From positions 358,246 to 422,245 of the forward strand of contig CAVTMK010000001.1 in the NCBI GenBank assembly GCA_963735805.1: DNA of 64,000 nucleotides, in the 5' to 3' direction. A model generated the notes under the pieces. That model ran no database searches. It saw only the letters and a program-made list of their open reading frames with translations, and was not told the origin of the DNA. The stretch's first letter is position 1; each line of letters starts with the position of its first letter. Both the position numbers and the translations under genes were made by a program. Positions 56,160 to 64,000 of the stretch are shown here, piece after piece. Origin of the DNA: an uncultured Verrucomicrobiae bacterium (lineage in GTDB: Bacteria; Verrucomicrobiota; Verrucomicrobiia; Chthoniobacterales; UBA10450).

Positions 56160-56882
56160 ATGGAGACTCAATCCACGCTTCGCAATCCAAAATCCGTAAT
56201 CGGCAAGCGCCTGCTTCTTTTCGACATCGATGGGACGCTGATACACTCAGGCGGCGCGGGTCTGCATGCGCTTAAGTCAGCCTTCAAAGAGCGCTTCGGA
56301 ATCGATGACGATCTGGGCGACATCGAAATCGCTGGGATGACCGATTCCGGTATCGTTGTCAGCATATTGAATAAGCATAAAATTCCTGCGACGAATGAGA
56401 ACATGAGCGCGTTCCTGGACAGCTACGTTCATTTTCTTTCGCGGGAATTGCCCCGACGAAAAGGCAAACTGCTGCCGGGCGTGCTTGAGCTACTTCAGCG
56501 GCTCAAGTCGCGATCGCATCTTGTCCTGGCGCTTCTCACAGGCAATGTCTCCCGCGGAGCGCAACTAAAGCTCGAGCACTACGGTGTGTGGCATTTTTTC
56601 GAATTTGGCGCGTTTGCGGATGACCACCGGGACCGCAATCGGCTCGGACCGTTTGCTCGCGCGCGCGCACGAGAGAAGCATGGCCGTGAATTCGCGGCAT
56701 CCGAGATCGATGTCATTGGTGATACGCCTCGCGATATTGCCTGCGGCAAGGCCTTGGGCGCGCGCACCGTCGCCGTGGCGACCGGCACCTGGAGTCGCGA
56801 TGATCTTGCAAAACATAAGCCCGATTTTCTGATCGATGATCTTTCAGACGTGCAAGCTTTAATCGATACGCTCGGATGGTGA
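56160..56882 (+). CDS. HAD family hydrolase (phosphoglycolate phosphatase-like)
   Basis: LFDIDGTL, LTGN and IGDTPRD motifs. Confidence 0.92.
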   Translation: METQSTLRNPKSVIGKRLLLFDIDGTLIHSGGAGLHALKSAFKERFGIDDDLGDIEIAGMTDSGIVVSILNKHKIPATNENMSAFLDSYVHFLSRELPRRKGKLLPGVLELLQRLKSRSHLVLALLTGNVSRGAQLKLEHYGVWHFFEFGAFADDHRDRNRLGPFARARAREKHGREFAASEIDVIGDTPRDIACGKALGARTVAVATGTWSRDDLAKHKPDFLIDDLSDVQALIDTLGW

Positions 56883-56905
56883 CCCATTGACGATTGAAGG
56901 GTTGA

Positions 56906-57253
56906 ATGAAAAAGAACGTCTCCCCAACTGCTCCGAAGCCGCATCGAGATCGGCCCAATGTGTTGCCGCTTAAGGGCGAAATCGATTTGCATGTTTCTCC
57001 TGTCGTCACGGCATCACTCAACGCGATGATTGAGAAAAAACCGGAACGAGTGGTGATCGATCTTTCGGAGGTGACTTACATCGATAGCGCAGGTCTCGCG
57101 GCGCTTATTCAGGCGATGCAAAAAGTGGAAGGCTACGGGGGGAAGTTTTTGCTGGCCGGTTTGCAGGAAACTGTGCGCTCAATTTTCGAGATCTCGCGGC
57201 TCGATCAGGTCTTCCAGATTTTCCCCGACACGAATACGGCGCTGGCCTCGTAA
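56906..57253 (+). CDS. STAS domain anti-sigma factor antagonist
   Basis: L.GEID, V.YIDSAGL and V..IFEI.RL motifs. Confidence 0.93.
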   Translation: MKKNVSPTAPKPHRDRPNVLPLKGEIDLHVSPVVTASLNAMIEKKPERVVIDLSEVTYIDSAGLAALIQAMQKVEGYGGKFLLAGLQETVRSIFEISRLDQVFQIFPDTNTALAS

Positions 57254-57338
57254 CCCCGCGAGTCTCATTCGCGAAGGGATGCATTCGTCATGGCGAACCG
57301 TTTGGCACCCAGCCTGCGCCCTTAGGAAAACGCGCGCG

Positions 57339-58463
57339 TTACCCAGATGCAACACGCGCCAAGATTTCCAGCGTTTCCTCGATGTTTTTTGAAATGTCGA
57401 ACCCCGACGCGCGCTGGACGTTTGTCGATCGGGCTGCGAGACGACGCGAAGGATCAGACCAGAAGCGGATCGCGTCGCGCAAAGCGAGGAGATCGCCGGA
57501 CTGATCGACAATTGATCCGTGCACGCCATTTTCGATGATTTCGCTAAAACCGTTGGAACGCGTCGTAATAACGGGCAAACCGCAGGCGAGCGCTTCCAGG
57601 CAGGCATTGGAAAATGGATCGTAAATTGTAGGCAGAATGAAAATGTCCGCGGCAGCGTAAAGACGCAGCATATCTGGGACTTCACCAAGAAATTGCACCG
57701 GCTCTTCGCGCCAAAAGCGCAGCTGTTTCGTTTTGTAGGGCCCCGCATTTCCGCGACCGGCAACCAGCAACCGCATCTTGGGATCCCTGCAAAGCGCCGC
57801 TGCTTCGATGGCAAAAAGCAGCCCTTTTCGTTCCCACCCGGAGCCCGCAAATAACAGCGCGGTGTGGTCTGATCTTAATCTCAAATCCTCACGCGATTTT
57901 TCACGAAGCTGCGAATCGAATCGGAATTTCTCCAGTGGGATACCGTTGCGGACAAGGTCGATCTTTTCTGGCGAATACCGATAAAAATTGACGATTTCGT
58001 CTTTGACCATTTGCGAGGCAGCAATCACACGTCCCGCGTTACCATCGGAAAAGAGCGATTGTTCCAAGCGCAACAGGTCGCGGTGCTTCGAACTGAGACT
58101 CCGGACGAATCGTTTCAGGGGCAGCTCGAACTTTCTTCGACGCTCAAGCCAGGCGCGGTGAACTCCGTCGCCGGCCCGATAAACGTCGCAGCTCCAGACG
58201 CGCTCGAGACTAAACAACACATCCCGCCCAAGCGACGCTTGGATTTTTTTTAGCTCATCGGCAAACCCAATCGGCGATTTGGCCTGCAAGCGCGTAATCG
58301 ATCCAAATGGCCACGCCGCGGCCGGCCAGTCATTTGTGGCAACAAGTTGCACGTCGTGACCGGCGTCATCTACGCCGCGCACAAGGCGTTTCAAGTACGC
58401 TTCTGCGCCACCAGTCGGCGAATAACCGCGCCGAACAAAGACGATGCGGAGTTTTCCTTTCAT
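57339..58463 (-). CDS. GT4 glycosyltransferase (WaaG/RfaG-like)
   Basis: GGAE.Y, YRAGDGVH, GSG.ERKG and YDPF.N..LEA.A.GLPV motifs. Confidence 0.9.
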   Translation of the reverse strand: MKGKLRIVFVRRGYSPTGGAEAYLKRLVRGVDDAGHDVQLVATNDWPAAAWPFGSITRLQAKSPIGFADELKKIQASLGRDVLFSLERVWSCDVYRAGDGVHRAWLERRRKFELPLKRFVRSLSSKHRDLLRLEQSLFSDGNAGRVIAASQMVKDEIVNFYRYSPEKIDLVRNGIPLEKFRFDSQLREKSREDLRLRSDHTALLFAGSGWERKGLLFAIEAAALCRDPKMRLLVAGRGNAGPYKTKQLRFWREEPVQFLGEVPDMLRLYAAADIFILPTIYDPFSNACLEALACGLPVITTRSNGFSEIIENGVHGSIVDQSGDLLALRDAIRFWSDPSRRLAARSTNVQRASGFDISKNIEETLEILARVASG

Positions 58464-58543
58464 CCACAATGAAATACAGCGTCCTGCGCTTCTTGCTTGG
58501 AACGCCACTTTACATGCCTTACGTTCGCCAGAATACTAGGTCG

Positions 58544-59764
58544 ATGCCAGGTGAAATCTTAAACGCCCCTGCGCCATTACGTTTTGCCTCATCCTCAGCG
58601 TGCACTTTACCAAGGCATTTACTCTATTCCATTTTCGCCCGCATCGGCGGATCCGGCCTGGATACGGATGCATTTGAAACGTTGCGTGCATCGTATCGGG
58701 GAGGATTCCTTGGCAAAGCGGTCGCTTATGATAACCGGCAAACGGAAATCCCTGCTTCGTTGGTTCATTCTTTGCGCTGGCATCCGGTGCGGCTTATCTC
58801 ATTTTTCGATCGGCCCTATTACTACGGAGCGAAAAAAAAATACCTTGATTGGGTCACATCCCGACATCTTGCCACAGGCCGTTACGATTTGTTTCATAGC
58901 TGGTCGGGCGATTGTCTACGCTCGCTGCAAGTTGCGAAACAACGCCGGATCCCTTCTATCCTGGAGATCCCGACCTGGCATCGCGACGGCGGCAAAAAAA
59001 AGGCAGACTGGCCAAAGACTGAATCGACAAGTAAAACTCAAGGGGTTCCAACATGGAAAGCCCGATTGTTACTACAGCGAAGGCGTTTCATAGAAGAATA
59101 TCAACTGGCTGATCTTTTGCTTGTCTTATCAGAGAAGGCGGCCGACACCTTTCGCGTACGCGGTTTTCCGGAAGAAAAACTTTTTTATCTGCCCCGAGGC
59201 GTAGATGTGGAACGCTTCAAGCCGGGTAAGCAGCCGGTAAAATTTCGAGCTGTGTTTTCCGGGGCATTGATTAAGCGCAAAGGTATCCAACATGTGCTCG
59301 AAGCATGGCATCGCCTCAATCTGTCCGACGCGGAGTTGTGGCTCGTGGGCCATGTTCATGACGAAGCGAAGCCCTTTCTTAAACAATTCTGGTGCGATAA
59401 CATACGGGTAGTGGGATTTGTGCGCGACCCGGAAAATTATCTTAACCAGGGAACGGTTCATGTTTTTCCATCGCAATGGGAGGGAAGCGCCAAGGTGACA
59501 TACGAAGCTGCCGCATGCGCCCTGCCACAAATCACAACGCGCGAGGCCGGCGACGTCGTCCGTGATGGTATCGAAGGAATTATCGTGAAACCGAGTGATG
59601 TCGATGCAATCGCAGCGGGACTGCAGCATCTGCATCGACATCCTGAAATTGTTCGGCAAATGGGTAGCGCCGCGAGACGCCGCGTAGTTGAAAATTTCAC
59701 GTGGGATCATTTCCGGACGCGACTGCTCGGCGCATACGAAATGGCCATGCGGATGGCGCGATGA
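58544..59764 (+). CDS. GT4 glycosyltransferase
   Basis: RKG, FPS..EG.AKV.YEA.A..LP and FTW motifs. Confidence 0.9.
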   Translation: MPGEILNAPAPLRFASSSACTLPRHLLYSIFARIGGSGLDTDAFETLRASYRGGFLGKAVAYDNRQTEIPASLVHSLRWHPVRLISFFDRPYYYGAKKKYLDWVTSRHLATGRYDLFHSWSGDCLRSLQVAKQRRIPSILEIPTWHRDGGKKKADWPKTESTSKTQGVPTWKARLLLQRRRFIEEYQLADLLLVLSEKAADTFRVRGFPEEKLFYLPRGVDVERFKPGKQPVKFRAVFSGALIKRKGIQHVLEAWHRLNLSDAELWLVGHVHDEAKPFLKQFWCDNIRVVGFVRDPENYLNQGTVHVFPSQWEGSAKVTYEAAACALPQITTREAGDVVRDGIEGIIVKPSDVDAIAAGLQHLHRHPEIVRQMGSAARRRVVENFTWDHFRTRLLGAYEMAMRMAR

Positions 59765-59815
59765 TGGTTGTGTGATGGGCGACCTGCCTGTCGCCTCGTA
59801 GTTGAACCAAAGCGG

Positions 59816-60838
59816 ATGAAAATTCTTCTTCTGCAACTGAAGCGAATCGGGGATCTGATCCTGACAACTCCCGCAATCGCTGCTTTGCGCGCGCAATTTC
59901 CAGACGCGGAAGTGACGCTTGTCGTCTCCAGCGATTGTGCCGACCTGCTGCCAGCCATTGCAGGAGTCGATCGCATCTTGATGGCGCGACGTAATCTGCG
60001 CGATCTTGCCGCCTTTCTAGCCGTCGCAGGCAAACGATTCGATTACTGCATCGATTTCACACGAAACGATCGCTCCGCCTTTCTGGCGCTTTTATCCGGC
60101 GCCCGAAAACGCATCGTGTCATACCGGGTGCGCGATCAGTCGAAAAACCGCGCCCGGGTTTACACCGACTTTGTTGACGCCCGGATGCGCGATCTGCATA
60201 CGATCGATTACAATCTGTCTTTGCTTGAACCACTGGGTATCCGGGATGTTTCCGGCAGACTGCATTTGCAGTTGCCACAGTCGGCCCACGAACAAGCCGA
60301 TTCGCTTCGACGCACTTGGAACATCCGTAAACCTTACGTTGTTTTGCATCCCGGGTCGGCGCGCCGGGAAAAGCTTTGGGAAGCACGACGATGGGAGGAA
60401 GTGATCGAACGCTTCGGCCGCGACAATGACTTCAATCTTGTTCTGACGAGCGGGGTATCGAAACACGAGCAGGCGCACATCACTGCGATCAAGAGCACGA
60501 TACAGAAACAAATCATCGATCTTTCCGGGAAGACAGATTTGCTCACGCTGGCGGCCTTGATTCGCGGGGCACGCTTGCTGGTGACAGTCGATTCTGCTCC
60601 CACGCATCTCGCGGCCGCCACAAATACACCACAGGTCATCCTGTTCGGGCCAACCAACCCGTTTCACTGGCGACCGAGGGAGAGTCCGTCGGTGATTCTG
60701 CATGGAGAATCACCTGAGCCGGTCACTGAGTTTTCTCCGGTCCAGCCGCGCCTTCCGATGAGTCAAATCTCGACGGAAGCCGTGATTAGTGCTATGGATT
60801 CACTGCTGTCGCGGCATGCGACAGCCCGAACGTCATGA
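59816..60838 (+). CDS. GT9 LPS heptosyltransferase
   Basis: RIGD.IL.TP, HPG....K.W and DSAP.HLAAA...P.V.LFGPT motifs. Confidence 0.92.
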   Translation: MKILLLQLKRIGDLILTTPAIAALRAQFPDAEVTLVVSSDCADLLPAIAGVDRILMARRNLRDLAAFLAVAGKRFDYCIDFTRNDRSAFLALLSGARKRIVSYRVRDQSKNRARVYTDFVDARMRDLHTIDYNLSLLEPLGIRDVSGRLHLQLPQSAHEQADSLRRTWNIRKPYVVLHPGSARREKLWEARRWEEVIERFGRDNDFNLVLTSGVSKHEQAHITAIKSTIQKQIIDLSGKTDLLTLAALIRGARLLVTVDSAPTHLAAATNTPQVILFGPTNPFHWRPRESPSVILHGESPEPVTEFSPVQPRLPMSQISTEAVISAMDSLLSRHATARTS

Positions 60839-62709
60839 GCGGCGCAAAAGCGGCTAAGAAAAAACAGTCATTCTGGCAAACATTACGTGCAGCTTCTGGT
60901 CCCTACCGAAGGCTTTACGGTTATGTTAAGCCTTACAAGGTTCGTTTTATCCTCGGTCTGGTACTGGGTCTCGCTTACGGCGGCGTCACTTCATTTTTGC
61001 CCTGGGCGACGGCCCGTGTCGCCGGCACCATTTTCCACGGCCATGCTCCGAGTGCGATGGCCTTTCGCTCAAATCTTCACGACCTCGATTCAGGGCCCAA
61101 AATCAATTCGATCCTTCTGATCTGCCTTGCCATTCCGGTCATCATGACCCTGCGCAGCCTGTGTTCCTTTGGCAGCACCTATTACACCCAGTGGGTGAGC
61201 AACAAGGTCGTCACGGATATCCGGAGTCAGCTTTTCGGCAAGATGGTCCGCCAATCGATGGATTTCTTTAACAAAGCGCGATCGGGGTTTTTGATTTCGC
61301 GTATCACGAACGATACGCGCATCATGCAAATGGCTTTGACTACGGTCGGCAGCGATGTTTTTAAACAACCCGTCACGATTGTGGGCGCAATCAGTGCGTT
61401 ACTTGTGATGGATTGGAAATTCACTCTGGTCACGCTGGTTCTTTTTCCTACCTGTTTGCTGCCGTTGCGCGTTTACGGACGTCGCGCCAAGAAGGCGGTG
61501 CAAAACGAACAGGCAGGCATGGCCCAAATGGTTGTGACGATGCAGGAAACGTTCTCCGGCATTCGGGTGATCAAGTCCTTTGCGCGGGAGGTACACCAGG
61601 AAAAAGAGTTTAAACGCAGCAATCAAGCGCAGTTCTCGCAGATAATGCGCATGATCCGGGCCTTGGAGGCTGTCGGTCCGCTGGTCGAGATCATTGCCGC
61701 GATCGGTGTGGGAATGGCACTGCTTTACGTTTACCTAGCGAACCTCAACGCCGGTCGATTTTTAGGATTGATGACCGGAATTTTTATCCTCTACGATCCA
61801 ATCAAGACCCTTAGCAGGATTCATATCGTGATTCAGCGGTCGGTCGCCGCGACGACTGCTATCTTCGCGATCCTTGATTCAAAGCCGGCTGTCCAGGACA
61901 CGCCAAATGCAGTCGCACTGAGTTCGTCACAGGGCCGGATTGACTTTGAAAACGTAACCTTTCGGTATGCGAATACTCATACGGATGCGATCAGCAATCT
62001 GAGCTTGCAAATTGAACCGGGCAAAACTCATGCGCTGGTGGGCGCCAGCGGCGCAGGAAAGAGCACGATTCTCTCGCTGATCCTGCGGCTATACGATCCG
62101 ACTTCCGGAGCTGTAAAGATCGACGGTCGCGACCTGCGTTCGGTCACACAGAAATCATTGCGCGAACAGATTGGGCTCGTCACTCAGGAGACGTTCCTGT
62201 TTCACGATACCATCTTCAACAATATCCAGTTCGGCCGGCTCGATGCGACACCGGACGAAGTTCATGAAGCCGCGCGAGCTGCCTATGCGCACGACTTCAT
62301 TTTGGCTCAGCCAAAGGGCTATCAAACAGTGATTGGCGATAAAGGGTGCCTCCTTTCCGGCGGCCAGCAGCAGCGTCTTGCCATCGCGCGCGCTGTGTTG
62401 AAGAACGCCCCAATCCTCTTGCTGGATGAAGCCACTTCATCGCTCGACTCCGAATCGGAACTGCAAATTCAAAAGGCCCTCGCCGAACTGGCGACTGGCC
62501 GCACGGTGATCGCCATTGCCCATCGGCTATCGACTGTTTTATCTGCCGATCAGATCATCGTGATGGACGGCGGTCGTATCAAGGAGATTGGTACGCACGC
62601 CGAACTTCTCGAAAAGTCGGGTTACTATCGGCGATTGTACGATCATCAGTTTAATCGTATTCACGAACCAGCTACTGACCCCGCCTTCGCTATTGAAGAA
62701 TTGGTTTAA
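60835..62709 (+). CDS. msbA: Lipid A flippase MsbA-like ABC exporter
   Basis: TMD plus GASGAGKST, LSGGQQQRLAIARA and LDEATS; lies in the LPS cluster. Confidence 0.8.
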   Translation: MSGAKAAKKKQSFWQTLRAASGPYRRLYGYVKPYKVRFILGLVLGLAYGGVTSFLPWATARVAGTIFHGHAPSAMAFRSNLHDLDSGPKINSILLICLAIPVIMTLRSLCSFGSTYYTQWVSNKVVTDIRSQLFGKMVRQSMDFFNKARSGFLISRITNDTRIMQMALTTVGSDVFKQPVTIVGAISALLVMDWKFTLVTLVLFPTCLLPLRVYGRRAKKAVQNEQAGMAQMVVTMQETFSGIRVIKSFAREVHQEKEFKRSNQAQFSQIMRMIRALEAVGPLVEIIAAIGVGMALLYVYLANLNAGRFLGLMTGIFILYDPIKTLSRIHIVIQRSVAATTAIFAILDSKPAVQDTPNAVALSSSQGRIDFENVTFRYANTHTDAISNLSLQIEPGKTHALVGASGAGKSTILSLILRLYDPTSGAVKIDGRDLRSVTQKSLREQIGLVTQETFLFHDTIFNNIQFGRLDATPDEVHEAARAAYAHDFILAQPKGYQTVIGDKGCLLSGGQQQRLAIARAVLKNAPILLLDEATSSLDSESELQIQKALAELATGRTVIAIAHRLSTVLSADQIIVMDGGRIKEIGTHAELLEKSGYYRRLYDHQFNRIHEPATDPAFAIEELV

Positions 62710-62727
62710 CAGTCGCGAGAGGTAGCC

Positions 62728-63456
62728 ATGCCATTTAACATTGACCTGCATACACATTCTTTTTTTTCAGGGGACGGTGTCTCCAGTCCGGAAGACATGA
62801 TTGCAGCGGCGCGCGCCAAAGGCTTGCATGGCTTCGCGATTACCGATCACAACACCTGCGATGCGGTCAACTACCTGCTGCAGAAAGGCCTGATGCGACT
62901 GGACGGATTGCCGGTCGATGGTTTTCTCGTTCTCCCAGGAGTAGAAGTGACGACCGCCGATGGGCATCTTCTGTGCATAGGCGCGGAGCTTCCTTACTTG
63001 AAAGGAAAACCAGCACGCGAGGTTTGTGACATAATCCACCAGCGCGGCGGCCTAGCTATTCCTCCGCATCCGTATGATTTGTTTCGGGCTGGGATCCGTT
63101 TTTCCACTTTGGAAACGCTGCCTATCGACGCCATTGAAGTTTTTAATGCCGCAACAACCCTTCGCCGGTATAACACATATGCTTTCAAGTACGCCCAGAT
63201 TCGGAGTTTGCCCATGACTGCCGCCAGCGACGCGCATCATGCCGCAGCGGTTGGAACGGCTTACACCATCGTAAACACCGATGACTTTTCGGTGAAAGGC
63301 ATCCTGGCTCAGATCCTAAAGAGCAACGAATTGAATCAGAAATATCAGACGCCGCGCGATAGCCTTCGCAAAACCTGGAACAACTGGCTACGACTGCGAC
63401 GCCGGAAAAAGATCCCCGAATTAGCTGCAAAAGACCGCAGCCACAATGGCCCTTAG
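62728..63456 (+). CDS. PHP domain metallohydrolase
   Basis: DLHTHS, ITDHN, G.EVTT..GH, IEV.NA and SDAH motifs. Confidence 0.9.
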   Translation: MPFNIDLHTHSFFSGDGVSSPEDMIAAARAKGLHGFAITDHNTCDAVNYLLQKGLMRLDGLPVDGFLVLPGVEVTTADGHLLCIGAELPYLKGKPAREVCDIIHQRGGLAIPPHPYDLFRAGIRFSTLETLPIDAIEVFNAATTLRRYNTYAFKYAQIRSLPMTAASDAHHAAAVGTAYTIVNTDDFSVKGILAQILKSNELNQKYQTPRDSLRKTWNNWLRLRRRKKIPELAAKDRSHNGP

Positions 63457-63519
63457 CTTGGTGGACCGGCGACTATGTACGTTTCAACGCTTTAACATTT
63501 CAAACGTTTAACTCTAGTC

Positions 63520-63816
63520 ATGCCCGCCTACATCATCGTTGAAATCGACATCGTCGATCCGGTCGGATACGAAGAATATAAAAAGCGAGCCGCGGCGACC
63601 GTAGAGAAGTACGGCGGGAAATACATTGTCCGTGGAGGCGAAACGGAAGTGCTGGAAGGTGAGTGGAAACCGAAGCGCATCGTGGTGCTCCAATTCGATT
63701 CGACACAACACGCGAAGGAATGGCTCAACTGCGAGGAGTATCGCGAACCCCGCAAAATGCGGCATCGCACATCCAGGACAAACATGATCCTGGTCGAAGG
63801 ACATTCCGCACCCTAG
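63520..63816 (+). CDS. DUF1330 family protein
   Basis: MPAY...YGG.Y.VRGG....LEG.W and W....EY motifs. Confidence 0.92.
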   Translation: MPAYIIVEIDIVDPVGYEEYKKRAAATVEKYGGKYIVRGGETEVLEGEWKPKRIVVLQFDSTQHAKEWLNCEEYREPRKMRHRTSRTNMILVEGHSAP

Positions 63817-63840
63817 GCTCCGCGCAAAGGTGGGCCTTAT

Positions 63841-63862
63841 GGCCGAGGTCGTTGACCTCGCC
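63841..63862. repeat. Intergenic palindrome of the pxpB REP family
   Basis: GGCCGAGGTC-GTT-GACCTCGCC versus GCCGGGGTC-GCT-GACCCCGGC. Confidence 0.55.
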
Positions 63863-63924
63863 GGCCTCCCGCGAAAAATTAAGATTGCTTCTACCCATCA
63901 CCTTTTGCGAATCTGCCTTTTCAT

Positions 63925-64000
63925 ATGCGATTGTTAGCCGAGATACTTGTTATTGCTGGACTAATTTATGTTGGCTGGGATAAGCCATTCAAGGAATGGA
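63925..64000 (+). CDS. 5' end of a membrane-anchored hypothetical protein (runs off window end)
   Basis: MRLLAEILVIAGLIYVGWDKPFKEW; frame is open to the window end. Confidence 0.55.
   Translation, partial: MRLLAEILVIAGLIYVGWDKPFKEW

Noticed and set aside
59778..59796. Hairpin GGCGAC-CTGCCT-GTCGCC between the glycosyltransferase genes
   Set aside because: 6-bp stem with no U-tract or GTAG end; cannot be distinguished from chance or a decayed REP.
63483..63514. Degenerate TTTAAC/TTCAAC short repeats before DUF1330
   Set aside because: Too short and degenerate to support as an element or binding site.

Overview
64-kb bacterial window of mostly housekeeping genes. Gene content and repeat style suggest Verrucomicrobiota, possibly a soil Chthoniobacterales/'Ca. 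Udaeobacter'-like genome; this is an inference, not a computed placement. Recognisable genes: thrS, recQ, pxpBCA with an APC permease, yceI, recO, sucA-sucB-lpdA, an HtrA protease, a GldAFG-like ABC system with a DUF4340 protein, ubiE/menG, tRNA-Leu(CAG), bamD-lptE, moaA-moaC-mog, a UbiD-family decarboxylase, frameshifted hpnD, lepA-lepB, and an LPS glycosyltransferase/MsbA cluster. I saw no CRISPR array, prophage, integrase or transposase. The most notable observations are: (1) REP-like palindromes present both between genes and in frame inside pxpB, pxpC, sucB and the moaC 3' end; (2) a chimeric lipoprotein whose first 23 codons are copied from the adjacent ubiD gene; (3) an ~80-aa insertion in the ThrRS catalytic domain; (4) a ~9-kb block of exported proteins, several paralogous, between thrS and recQ, including a Sel1 gene bracketed by a duplicated gene end; (5) a basic repeat protein next to tRNA-Leu that may be nucleoid-associated; (6) an unannotated secreted Pro-rich micropeptide; (7) repeated signs of leaderless transcription, including a probable CTG start. 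All assignments are by eye; no searches were run.
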